Shown: positions 10,920-19,916, counted from the stretch's first letter. The stretch is 64,000 bases of DNA from Acutalibacteraceae bacterium (GCA_045648445.1 JAZRNY010000043.1:354-64353), one strand, 5' to 3'. The notes: generated from the letters alone by a model not told the origin. Program-made: numbers and translations.

Positions 10920-11792
10920 ATGAGATACGCAAATGATTTTTACGATTATGAACTAATCGATGCCGAGGGCGGAGAACGTCTTGAACGTTGGAAAGATATA
11001 ATTCTGATACGACCCGACCCACAGGTAATATGGAATGGCGAAAGAACCGATAAAAGATGGCATGACGCACATGCAATCTACCATAGAAGCAATTCGGGCG
11101 GCGGTTATTGGGAGCCGTTAAAAAAGGTTCCGGATGTTTGGTCGGTCGACTATCAAAACCTTACTTTCAGATTAAAACCAATGGGATTTAAACATACCGG
11201 TCTTTTTCCCGAACAAGCAATTAACTGGTCTTTTGCTTCTGAAAAAATCAAAAAAGTGGGAAGAAAGATATCGGTATTAAACCTTTTTGCATATACAGGC
11301 GGTGCTACTATCGCTTGTCTGCAAGCAGGTGCCAGTGTAACGCATGTTGATGCGTCCAAAGGCATGGTACAATGGGCTAAAGAAAACGCACAAGTTTCAG
11401 GACTCGGCGATGCATCGGTAAGATGGCTCGTTGACGACTGTTTAAAATTCGTAAAGCGCGAAATCAGACGCGGCAATAAATACGATGCTATTATTATGGA
11501 CCCTCCTTCGTACGGCAGAGGTCCGGGCGGCGAAGTATGGAAACTGGAACAGCAACTTGACGAACTTTTAAGTGAAACAGGAAAACTTTTAAGCGATAAT
11601 CCGCTTTTCTTTATTCTTAATTCATACACAGGCGGTCTTTCTCCGACAATTTTAAATTATATGGTAAAAAATTTAATTGCCAAAAATCAAAACGGCAAGA
11701 TTTTTACTGAAGAAATAGGACTTAAAGTTACAGCGAGGGATATAGTTATGCCTTGCGGTAACTCGACAATTTGGACTAATGATGAAGACTAA
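10920..11792 (+). CDS. class I SAM-dependent (RlmI/YccW-like) methyltransferase
   Basis: 290 aa. VLNLFAYTGGATIA SAM-binding motif, IIMDPPSYGRG catalytic motif, and FKHTGLFPEQ. Confidence 0.75.
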   Translation: MRYANDFYDYELIDAEGGERLERWKDIILIRPDPQVIWNGERTDKRWHDAHAIYHRSNSGGGYWEPLKKVPDVWSVDYQNLTFRLKPMGFKHTGLFPEQAINWSFASEKIKKVGRKISVLNLFAYTGGATIACLQAGASVTHVDASKGMVQWAKENAQVSGLGDASVRWLVDDCLKFVKREIRRGNKYDAIIMDPPSYGRGPGGEVWKLEQQLDELLSETGKLLSDNPLFFILNSYTGGLSPTILNYMVKNLIAKNQNGKIFTEEIGLKVTARDIVMPCGNSTIWTNDED

Positions 11793-12621
11793 TAATATAA
11801 TCGAATTAAAAAACATTTTTTACGAATATGCCGAAGACGAAGATTTTCCGGTTTTAAATGATTTTAATTTATCTATTGAGAGAGGATCATTTACCGTAAT
11901 TTTAGGACATAACGGTTCAGGAAAATCAACTCTGGCAAAACTTATGAACGGTTTATTTAAACCAAGTAAAGGCACCGTAGAAGTTGATGGTATGCTTACC
12001 ACCGATGAAAAATACGAAATCGAAATCAAAAGACGCGTGGGACTCGTTTTTCAAAATCCCGACAACCAGATCATTTCTTCGATAGTAGAAGAAGACGTTG
12101 CATTCGGGCCTGAAAATCTCGGATTTTCACCTAACGAAATTCGAACCCGTGTTGATTCTGCTTTAAAAGCAGTAAATATGTACGAATTTCGCAAAAGTGC
12201 CCCTCACAATCTTTCGGGTGGACAAAAACAAAGGGTAGCAATAGCAGGAATTCTTTCTATGACACCCGAATGTATAGTTTTAGACGAACCTACAGCAATG
12301 CTTGATCCACAAGGTAGAAAAGAAGTGCTTAACGCACTAATAAGTTTAAATAAAGAAAAAAACATCACCATTGTTTTGATAACGCATTTTATGGAAGAAG
12401 CACAATTCGCTGATAGAGTGCTTGTAATGTCAAATGGTAAAATTACAGGCGATGCAAAGCCGGGTGAAATATTTTCACAAGTTAATTTATTAAAAGATGC
12501 AGGGCTTTCAGTACCGCAAACGACCGAATTACTTGAAATATTAAAACAAAACGGTTTAAGTGTTAAAAGCGGCATTATATCCATTGAAGAATGCGCTAAC
12601 GAAATTTCAAAACTATTTTAA
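11779..12621 (+). CDS. ecfA1: energy-coupling factor transporter ATPase
   Basis: 280 aa. [33 protein letters not shown]. Synteny with ecfA2-ecfT-truA. Confidence 0.9.
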   Translation: MMKTNNIIELKNIFYEYAEDEDFPVLNDFNLSIERGSFTVILGHNGSGKSTLAKLMNGLFKPSKGTVEVDGMLTTDEKYEIEIKRRVGLVFQNPDNQIISSIVEEDVAFGPENLGFSPNEIRTRVDSALKAVNMYEFRKSAPHNLSGGQKQRVAIAGILSMTPECIVLDEPTAMLDPQGRKEVLNALISLNKEKNITIVLITHFMEEAQFADRVLVMSNGKITGDAKPGEIFSQVNLLKDAGLSVPQTTELLEILKQNGLSVKSGIISIEECANEISKLF

Positions 12622-12644
12622 AAATAACGAAAGGAGATATTATT

Positions 12645-13511
12645 ATGTATATTTTAAAGACCGAAAATCTAACCTATACCTATGCGCCAGGAACACCGTT
12701 TAAACATACTGCAGTAAATAATATCTCTTTTTCCGTAAAAAAAGGAGATATTACCGGCATAATAGGTCACACCGGTTCGGGTAAATCTACTCTTTTACAA
12801 CTTTTAAACGGACTTTTAAAACCAAGTGCCGGAAAAGTATATTTTAACGGCAATGATATTTGGGAAGATCCAAAAAAAATCGGACAATTCCGCTATAAAA
12901 TAGGACTTGTTTTTCAGTATCCTGAATATCAACTTTTCGAAGAAACTGTCAAAGACGATATTGCCTACGGACCAAAAAACATGAAACTGGATGACTCCGA
13001 AATCGAGAAAAGAGTTAAAGATTCTGTTGAAATTGTAGGCCTTAAAGAACATCTATTGGACAAATCCCCATTCGATTTATCGGGTGGAGAAAAACGCAGA
13101 GCAGCAATAGCCGGAATTATGGCAATGAAACCTGAAATTATTGTTTTTGACGAGCCAACTGCAGGTCTTGATCCTATTGGTAGAAAAACGGTTTTTGATG
13201 CCATAAAAAAATATCGCGAAGATAATGATGCAACAATAATTATTGTATCACACTGTATGGAAGATATGGCATCAATTTGTGACAACATTATAGTTTTAAA
13301 CGATGGCAACGTTGTTATGCACGATACTGTATCAAATGTATTTAAAAACTCTGACAAATTAAAAGAAATCGGTCTTAACGTTCCGATAGTTACCGACGTC
13401 CTTCTTACACTTAAAAAAATGGGTATTAATGTATCAGCCGAACATTTTACTGTTGACAGCGCAGCACAATATTTAGTATCAAAAATCAGGGGAGGTGCAA
13501 ACCTTGATTAG
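12645..13511 (+). CDS. ecfA2: energy-coupling factor transporter ATPase
   Basis: 288 aa. GHTGSGKST, LSGGEKRRAAIAG, VFDEPTAGLDP. Confidence 0.9.
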   Translation: MYILKTENLTYTYAPGTPFKHTAVNNISFSVKKGDITGIIGHTGSGKSTLLQLLNGLLKPSAGKVYFNGNDIWEDPKKIGQFRYKIGLVFQYPEYQLFEETVKDDIAYGPKNMKLDDSEIEKRVKDSVEIVGLKEHLLDKSPFDLSGGEKRRAAIAGIMAMKPEIIVFDEPTAGLDPIGRKTVFDAIKKYREDNDATIIIVSHCMEDMASICDNIIVLNDGNVVMHDTVSNVFKNSDKLKEIGLNVPIVTDVLLTLKKMGINVSAEHFTVDSAAQYLVSKIRGGANLD

Positions 13512-14313
13512 TGATATTACCTTCGGTCAATATTTTCCCGCAAATTCAGTTATTCATAAACTTGACCCAAGGATTAAATTTTTACTTCTGATTTTTATAA
13601 TAATATTTATTTTTATAGGAAATATGTATGGAATAGGCTTATCACTTATTTTTTCCATAATAATTATGTTACTAACTAAAATACCATTAAAAGTATATTT
13701 TAAAAACCTAAAAGTAATTCTCCCGATAATTATATTTACCGGCATAATTAACATGCTATATGTTAAAACAGGAACAGTATTACTTGATTGGTGGAAAATT
13801 ACAATAACTGTTGACGGTATTTATAAGGCTGTTTTCATGGCAGTCCGCATCGCATTACTAATAATAATGAGTTCAACATTAACCTACACTACAACACCTA
13901 ACGACCTTACCGATGCAATAGAACGTCTATGTGCACCTTTAAAATTTATAGGACTTGGTACTGTGGTCCATATGTTGACTATGATGATGACCATTGCTTT
14001 GCGTTTTATTCCAACTTTAATTGAGGAAACTCAAAAAATTATGAACGCTCAAAAAGCGCGTGGTGCAGATATTGAAAGTGGCGGATTACTCAGCAGGGTA
14101 AAAGCACTTATACCGATTTTAATCCCTCTAATCATTTTATCGGTGAGAAGGGCTTATGATTTAGCCGAAGCAATGGAATGCCGATGTTATAACGGCGGAG
14201 TAGGGAAGCAGAGAATGAAACAACTACGCTTAAAATTCTCTGATTTTTTAGTTATATTTGTTTCGCTGCTTTGGGGTGCTCTTATTATATTAATCAAAAT
14301 ATTTATGGGGTAA
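13504..14313 (+). CDS. ecfT: energy-coupling factor transporter transmembrane protein EcfT
   Basis: Multi-pass membrane protein with GQYFPANSVIHKLDPRIK N-terminus and ARGAD motif. TTG at 13504 (GGAGG 9 nt upstream) is preferred to the track start at 13495. Confidence 0.85.
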   Translation: MISDITFGQYFPANSVIHKLDPRIKFLLLIFIIIFIFIGNMYGIGLSLIFSIIIMLLTKIPLKVYFKNLKVILPIIIFTGIINMLYVKTGTVLLDWWKITITVDGIYKAVFMAVRIALLIIMSSTLTYTTTPNDLTDAIERLCAPLKFIGLGTVVHMLTMMMTIALRFIPTLIEETQKIMNAQKARGADIESGGLLSRVKALIPILIPLIILSVRRAYDLAEAMECRCYNGGVGKQRMKQLRLKFSDFLVIFVSLLWGALIILIKIFMG

Positions 14314-14316
14314 ATT

Positions 14317-15051
14317 ATGCAAAAATATTTGATTAAGATTTCTTTTGACGGAACTGACTATCACGGATGGCAGGTTCAGCCTAACAACATTACCATACAG
14401 GAAAGTTTGCAAAATGCTATGATGAAACTGTATGGTGTCACACCCGATGTAACAGGTTGTAGCCGTACAGATGCCGGCGTTCATGCAGAAGAATTTTATT
14501 GTCATTTTTCTTTAGATAACGATATACCTGATAACGGAATAGTAATGGGTCTTAACTCAGTGCTAAAAGAAGATATCCGGGTTATTAATTGCGAACATAT
14601 CGATGACGATTTTCATTGTAGGTATGCTGCTAAGCGCAAAACTTATGTATACAAAATTGATAACAGAAAAACCACCGATCCTTTTATGTCCCGTTACAGT
14701 TATCATTACAAAGGTTTGCTGGACTTAAGCAAAATGAATAAATTTTGTGAATCTATTATCGGTGTTCATGATTTTGAAGGTTTTTCATCATCAAACCGCA
14801 GCGTTAAAGATACTGTTCGTGAAATTTTTGAGTGTAAAATAATGGAAAAGGAAGGAATATTAACCTTTAGCGTTACGGGAAATGGTTTTCTATACAATAT
14901 GGTTCGTATATTGGTTGGTACTGCTATTGAAGTTGGAAACGGACGACTAAGCGTCGACGTAGCAAATCAAATTTTTAATACTAAAAATCGCGCTCTTGGA
15001 GGATTTACTGCTCCTGCTAAAGGTTTATTTTTAAAACACGTAGAATTTTGA
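14317..15051 (+). CDS. truA: tRNA pseudouridine(38-40) synthase
   Basis: 244 aa. YDGTDYHGWQVQPN, catalytic GCSRTDAGVHA, and GNGFLYNMVRILVGT. Confidence 0.95.
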   Translation: MQKYLIKISFDGTDYHGWQVQPNNITIQESLQNAMMKLYGVTPDVTGCSRTDAGVHAEEFYCHFSLDNDIPDNGIVMGLNSVLKEDIRVINCEHIDDDFHCRYAAKRKTYVYKIDNRKTTDPFMSRYSYHYKGLLDLSKMNKFCESIIGVHDFEGFSSSNRSVKDTVREIFECKIMEKEGILTFSVTGNGFLYNMVRILVGTAIEVGNGRLSVDVANQIFNTKNRALGGFTAPAKGLFLKHVEF

Positions 15052-15060
15052 GGTGAAACG

Positions 15061-16323
15061 ATGCCCAAATATTTAAAAAATAAAAGAAGACGCCGTCATA
15101 AATTTATAAAACAAAACTATGAAAACAATATAGCAATGCACTCAGATGATGAAGCCCCAAAAGAAAAAAAGAATAAAAAGTCATCATTTCGAGTTCTAAA
15201 CGGAAAAAAACAAGCAAAAAAATTACGTCGTTTTGTTTTTGTTGCCTTCGTGTTAACAATTACCATAACTTTATTTACAGTTTCGTTGCTTTCACCAACA
15301 GGTTTAAAGGAATTATTTGGTAATTTTTTGGCAACGTTTTCATTAAAAAACGAATTTCCTATTGAACTGTCGGGTACTGAAACATATTCCGCTATTAATG
15401 ATAAGCACTACTTTTATTTACTTTCAGATACTGATTTTTCGGTAATTTCAAACAATGGAAAGTTATCATTTAAAGATAATCACGGATTTTCTAATCCAGT
15501 TATTTCAAAAAGTGAAACACGGTGTCTTTTATACGACCAAAATGGTAAAGGCGCAAAGGTTTATAACGCTAAAGAGTGTGTAATTTCATTATCCACCAAT
15601 TTTTCGATTTTTTCAGGTGATATCGCCCGAAACGGGACCTTTGCTATTGCCACCAAGTCCGATAAATTCACTTCAATGGTAACCGTCTACAACAAAAAAG
15701 GTGAGTTGATTTACGAGTGGTTTTGCCCCGAAGAGACTATAACAGGGGTAGCGGTTGCACCAAATGGAAAATCTGTTGCAGTTGGAACCGTTAAGGTTGA
15801 CGCCGGAGAATTTTCAAGTTCACTTTACGTATTAAAATACGATTCAGCCGATGCAGTATATTCCAAAAAATACGACGGTCAGTTCATACTGGGAATTAAT
15901 TCCACGACAAGAAGAACTTTTACAGTAATTTTTGAAAATAAATGTGATATCATATCTTGGAACGACCATTCAATTTTGCAATACGAGACCGAATACGATG
16001 TTAATTATGTAAAATCAAATAAACGTTTTTCCGTAATTGCTTCAAGCCGCGAAAACGACGACGGCAATTATAAATTCAGCGTTTATAATAACTTCAAAAA
16101 ATTGAAATCAGAATTCAATTTCAGCGGTCAAGTGGATGATTTTTGTATAAAATCAAACAAAATATTCATTTTAAGCGGAAACAGTGTATATCTTATTAAT
16201 AGTGATGGAGAAATCGCCAAAAAAGGTAATTGCGGTTTTGGAACTGTTAAACTTATTCCTGTTTCATCTGACAGTTGTCTTGCTATTGGGCATAACTCCA
16301 TCACTAAAATCGCTTTACAGTAG
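15061..16323 (+). CDS. hypothetical membrane-anchored protein (basic N-terminus, one TM helix, beta-rich ectodomain; possibly DUF5711-like)
   Basis: 420 aa. Lys/Arg-rich N-terminus, then the hydrophobic segment FVFVAFVLTITITLFTV. Good RBS (GAGGTG). Confidence 0.5.
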   Translation: MPKYLKNKRRRRHKFIKQNYENNIAMHSDDEAPKEKKNKKSSFRVLNGKKQAKKLRRFVFVAFVLTITITLFTVSLLSPTGLKELFGNFLATFSLKNEFPIELSGTETYSAINDKHYFYLLSDTDFSVISNNGKLSFKDNHGFSNPVISKSETRCLLYDQNGKGAKVYNAKECVISLSTNFSIFSGDIARNGTFAIATKSDKFTSMVTVYNKKGELIYEWFCPEETITGVAVAPNGKSVAVGTVKVDAGEFSSSLYVLKYDSADAVYSKKYDGQFILGINSTTRRTFTVIFENKCDIISWNDHSILQYETEYDVNYVKSNKRFSVIASSRENDDGNYKFSVYNNFKKLKSEFNFSGQVDDFCIKSNKIFILSGNSVYLINSDGEIAKKGNCGFGTVKLIPVSSDSCLAIGHNSITKIALQ

Positions 16324-16331
16324 GTGTAGAT

Positions 16332-16985
16332 ATGTCATATATATTTTTAGACATAATTTTTTCATTAATTTTAATTGTTGGTTTTATAATCGGTATCAAA
16401 AAAGGTGCAATTAAAATATTTTTGTCATTATTATCTACCGTATGCGCTGCATTTTTAACATATTGTTTTAGTAATACGATTACTTCGTATATTTACAATA
16501 AGTTAGTTAAGCCATCTATTGTAAACAAAGTTTATTCTTCTTTTGAAAACAATAATGCATCTGATGATATTTTACCGAATTTTATTACCAAACAAGCCGA
16601 AAATTTCGGTATAGAACTCAAACAATTAAAATTTAGTAATTCAATAACCAAAGATAGTATTTCAAACCTTGTAGAAAATACTTTGCATAAATCAATATTT
16701 GCTATTGTTAATATTATTGTATCAATTGTTTTGTTTTTATTACTCTTAGTGTTTTTAAAATTAATACTAAATACATTTAATAAACTCGTAAAACACAGTT
16801 ATATAAACGGTATTAACAATGTTTTAGGCGGCGTTATAGGAACGATTAATGGTTTGGTAATTATCGTTATAATTTGTTTCATGTTAACTTTGTGTTACAA
16901 AAACTCTATTACGTTACCGTCTTTTATTTCTGAAGAAAGCGTTAATAAATCATTGTTTTTCCGCTTATTTTCATATATTTTTTAG
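16332..16985 (+). CDS. CvpA-family membrane protein
   Basis: 217 aa with 4 predicted TM helices. The N-terminal pattern LDIIFSLILIVGFIIGIKKGAIK is typical of CvpA. Confidence 0.55.
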   Translation: MSYIFLDIIFSLILIVGFIIGIKKGAIKIFLSLLSTVCAAFLTYCFSNTITSYIYNKLVKPSIVNKVYSSFENNNASDDILPNFITKQAENFGIELKQLKFSNSITKDSISNLVENTLHKSIFAIVNIIVSIVLFLLLLVFLKLILNTFNKLVKHSYINGINNVLGGVIGTINGLVIIVIICFMLTLCYKNSITLPSFISEESVNKSLFFRLFSYIF

Positions 16986-17004
16986 TTACTGAAAGGAATT
17001 TAAA

Positions 17005-19269
17005 ATGAAACTTTGCTATAAATGCCAAAAGCGGCCGGCTGTAGTGTTTATTTCAGATACTATGGACCCAAACGCTTCCCCTAAAGGACTTTGTCTTGTA
17101 TGCGCAAAATCTTCGGGCATTAAACCTATAGATGACATGCTTAAGAAAATGAATATTTCTGATGAAGATATTGAGCAAATGAGCGATCAGTTTATGGAAA
17201 TAATGACAATGAACGGTGAAGGGGAAGGGGACGAATTTGATTTAGGTACTACTCCTGCTTTTCCGTTTTTAAATAACATGTTTACCGATACTCCAACTCA
17301 AAAAGATGATGACGAAAAATCCAAAGATAATTCTAAAGATGGCAAAAAAGAACGCAAAAAGCGTCGTTTTTTAGAGCAATACTGTACCAATCTTACCGAA
17401 CGTGCCAAAAACGGACAACTTGATGAGATTTTCGGACGTGACGAAGAATTGTACAGAACTATACAAATTTTATCGCGTCGTACAAAAAACAACCCCTGTC
17501 TTATAGGAGAACCGGGTGTTGGTAAAACTGCAATTGCTGAAGGACTAGCCATTAAATTCGCCCGTGGTAATGCTCCTGCACGTCTTCTAGACAAAGAAAT
17601 ACATCTACTTGATTTAACCGGACTTGTAGCAGGCACTCAGTTCAGAGGTCAGTTTGAAAGCAGGGTAAAAGGTCTTGTTGAAGAGGTAAAAACTGCAGGC
17701 AATATTATTTTATTTATCGACGAAATTCATAACTTAGTTGGCGCAGGAGATTCAGCAGAAGGATCGATGAATGCAGCCAACATATTAAAACCTGCACTAT
17801 CACGCGGTGAAATTCAAGTAATAGGCGCGACTACTTTTAAAGAGTATAGAAAATATATTGAAAAAGATGCTGCCTTAGAACGAAGATTTCAACCTGTAAC
17901 AATAGAAGAACCTTCGTTATTAGAAGCAGAAAAAGTTTTACTTGGCATCAAAAAGTATTATGAGGGTTACCATAATGTGACTATTCCGGATGCGCTTATA
18001 TCAACCATTGTTCGCTTATCTGAAAGATATGTAAACGATAGATTTTTACCTGACAAAGCCATCGATTTAATGGACGAAGCCTGTGCTTGTGCCAGTCTTG
18101 CAAATACAGCTGTTGATAATTTATATATCGCTAACAAAAAAATTGCCGAGACTCAAATCGAACTCGATAGTTTGGAAGCAGATGTTGATAATATCAATTA
18201 CGAAAAAATCGCAATGGTTAAGGCAGAACTCGAAAAATATAAAAAACAAGCAAATGATCTTTATGTTCCTGCTTCAGATAACACGGTTACCGATTTAGAC
18301 GTAGCAAAAGTTATAGAACTTTGGACAGGAATTCCGGCTGCTAAAGTTCAAGAAAACGACCTTAAAAAACTTTCAAATTTGGAAAACGCTATTTTAGAAA
18401 GAATTATAGGTCAAGAAAAAGCGGTTGAACTAGTTGTATCATCAGTTAAACGCTCAAGAGTTCAAATGAGCACAAAACGCCGACCCGCGTCGTTTATTTT
18501 CGTGGGTCCTACAGGTGTAGGTAAAACAGAATTAGTAAAAGTTCTTTCGGAACAGTTATTCGATACTCCCGAAACAATGATTAGACTTGATATGTCCGAA
18601 TTTATGGAAAAACACTCAGTTTCAAGATTAATAGGAGCGCCTCCGGGATATGTCGGTTATGACGAAGCGGGACAACTTACCGAAAAGGTTAGAAGAAAAC
18701 CTTATTCTGTAGTTTTATTTGATGAAATTGAAAAGGCACATCCCGATATTTTAAATATACTTTTGCAAATTCTTGACGACGGTAGAATTACCGATGCGCA
18801 GGGAAGAACTGTTAATTTTGAAAACACCATTATTGTAATGACCTCTAATGCAGGTAGTGACAAAAACTCTGCTTTACTTGGTTTTGAAAAAACAGCAACA
18901 CAGGCTAACGAAGAAAAAGCGCGTAAAGCATTAAGTGAATTTTTGCGTCCTGAATTCATGGCCAGAGTTGATGAAATCATTGTATTCAATCCTTTGGATG
19001 TTAAATCACTTTCAAAAATAAGCGCTTTAATGCTTGACGAAATTAAAGTGGCAATGAGTTATAAAGGAATAACACTTTCTTACACAAACGAAGTTTGTAA
19101 ATTAATTGCCCAAAACTGCGAAGGTGGTAAATCAGGCGCCAGAGAACTCAGAAACTATATTCGCCGTCACATTGAAGATAAAATTGTTTCAATGTTAATA
19201 GATGAAAGCGCCATCGGTTTAAAAGAACTTAAAATATCCGTTAAAAACAATGAAATTATTTTAGGTTAA
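17005..19269 (+). CDS. clpE: Clp/Hsp100 AAA+ ATPase, ClpE-like (N-terminal CxxC...CxxC zinc finger, two nucleotide-binding domains)
   Basis: 754 aa. C5xxC8 ... C30xxC33. Walker A GEPGVGKTA and GPTGVGKTE, plus a coiled-coil middle domain. No Clp_N repeat is visible. Confidence 0.65.
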   Translation: MKLCYKCQKRPAVVFISDTMDPNASPKGLCLVCAKSSGIKPIDDMLKKMNISDEDIEQMSDQFMEIMTMNGEGEGDEFDLGTTPAFPFLNNMFTDTPTQKDDDEKSKDNSKDGKKERKKRRFLEQYCTNLTERAKNGQLDEIFGRDEELYRTIQILSRRTKNNPCLIGEPGVGKTAIAEGLAIKFARGNAPARLLDKEIHLLDLTGLVAGTQFRGQFESRVKGLVEEVKTAGNIILFIDEIHNLVGAGDSAEGSMNAANILKPALSRGEIQVIGATTFKEYRKYIEKDAALERRFQPVTIEEPSLLEAEKVLLGIKKYYEGYHNVTIPDALISTIVRLSERYVNDRFLPDKAIDLMDEACACASLANTAVDNLYIANKKIAETQIELDSLEADVDNINYEKIAMVKAELEKYKKQANDLYVPASDNTVTDLDVAKVIELWTGIPAAKVQENDLKKLSNLENAILERIIGQEKAVELVVSSVKRSRVQMSTKRRPASFIFVGPTGVGKTELVKVLSEQLFDTPETMIRLDMSEFMEKHSVSRLIGAPPGYVGYDEAGQLTEKVRRKPYSVVLFDEIEKAHPDILNILLQILDDGRITDAQGRTVNFENTIIVMTSNAGSDKNSALLGFEKTATQANEEKARKALSEFLRPEFMARVDEIIVFNPLDVKSLSKISALMLDEIKVAMSYKGITLSYTNEVCKLIAQNCEGGKSGARELRNYIRRHIEDKIVSMLIDESAIGLKELKISVKNNEIILG

Positions 19270-19330
19270 TAAGTAAAGTCGTGTGCCGTTCATATTTTTG
19301 AGCGGCACACAAAAATATTTCAAAAAACAC

Positions 19331-19359
19331 TTGACTATAGAGTTAATATGTGTTAATAT
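19331..19359 (+). promoter_or_regulatory. sigma-A-type promoter for the tRNA-Gly/tRNA-Arg unit (TTGACT-17-TAATAT)
   Basis: Hexamers read directly. The -10 ends 15 nt before the tRNA-Gly 5' end. Confidence 0.6.
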
Positions 19360-19374
19360 ACTAAGGTCGCAGAT

Positions 19375-19449
19375 GCGGGTGTAGTTCAATGGCTAGAATT
19401 CCAGCCTTCCAAGCTGGCCGTGTGGGTTCGATTCCCATCACCCGCTCCA
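19375..19449 (+). tRNA. tRNA-Gly (anticodon UCC), CCA encoded
   Basis: Hand-folded cloverleaf. Acceptor GCGGGTG/CACCCGC, anticodon loop cTTCCaa, T-loop GGTTCGATTCC. Confidence 0.9.
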
Positions 19450-19450
19450 A

Positions 19451-19478
19451 ACCGTCAATTTGTTGACGGTTTTATTTT
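19451..19478 (+). terminator. terminator-like hairpin plus T-run between the two tRNAs
   Basis: accgtcaa-tttg-ttgacggt followed by tttatttt. tRNA-Arg starts 7 nt later with no promoter in between. Confidence 0.6.
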
Positions 19479-19484
19479 AAGTAA

Positions 19485-19560
<76 letters not shown>

Positions 19561-19561
<1 letters not shown>

Positions 19562-19595
19562 AAAAACTCTCGTTCTTCGGAGCGAGAGTTTTTTT
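19561..19595 (+). terminator. intrinsic terminator of the tRNA operon (copy 1 of the 34-nt palindromic module)
   Basis: A6-ctctcgttc-TTCG-gagcgagag-T7. The stem is 9 bp with a UUCG tetraloop. Confidence 0.85.
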
Positions 19596-19790
19596 ATCCA
19601 TTGCGAAAGCAATGGCATATCATCACGCTTTAGCGTGTATATCATCAAAGGCGGCGTGCCGCCTTTGTATCTCATCACACCTGTAGGTGTGTATTAAAAA
19701 CACTTTCGCAATGATGATATACAAAACTTTGTTTTGATGATATGCAATTCCTTACGGAATTGATGATATACAATGCTCCGCATTGATTTC
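19596..19790. repeat. hairpin array A: 7 different mini-hairpins joined by constant linkers (4 units TGTATATCATCA-type, then 3 units TGATGATATACA-type)
   Basis: Read directly; details are in the findings. The stretch is non-coding. Confidence 0.85.
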
Positions 19791-19916
19791 CCGCCGCTTT
19801 TATGCTATGCTTGCGCTACAATAGGGACAAAAATTTTATTATAAATGAACCTTTTGGTGTGCTTTTACGACTATATAAGTGAAACCGGTTTTAAAGAACT
19901 TATAGGAGGTGAGGCG

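Noticed and set aside
19281-19310. Hairpin gtgtgccg...cggcacac after clpE, considered as an intrinsic terminator
   Set aside because: It has a 14-nt loop and is followed by an A-run rather than a T-run on the coding strand. It is not convincing enough to annotate.
19596-19790. Arrays A and B (62755-62940) read as miniature CRISPR arrays
   Set aside because: The constant segments are only 10-12 nt and the variable inserts are 8-18 nt and self-complementary. The array switches orientation midway. No cas genes or leader-like sequence are present in the window.
19845-19916. Upstream extension of the sigma-fusion ORF (track start 19845). Similar 5' extensions occur in track ORFs for rimM, rpsP, folT, rpe, htrA, sigE, spoIIM, yfcE and the two lipoprotein genes.
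   Set aside because: In each case an internal ATG preceded by a strong GGAGG-type RBS gives the canonical family N-terminus. The extensions have no RBS and encode low-complexity or non-homologous residues.
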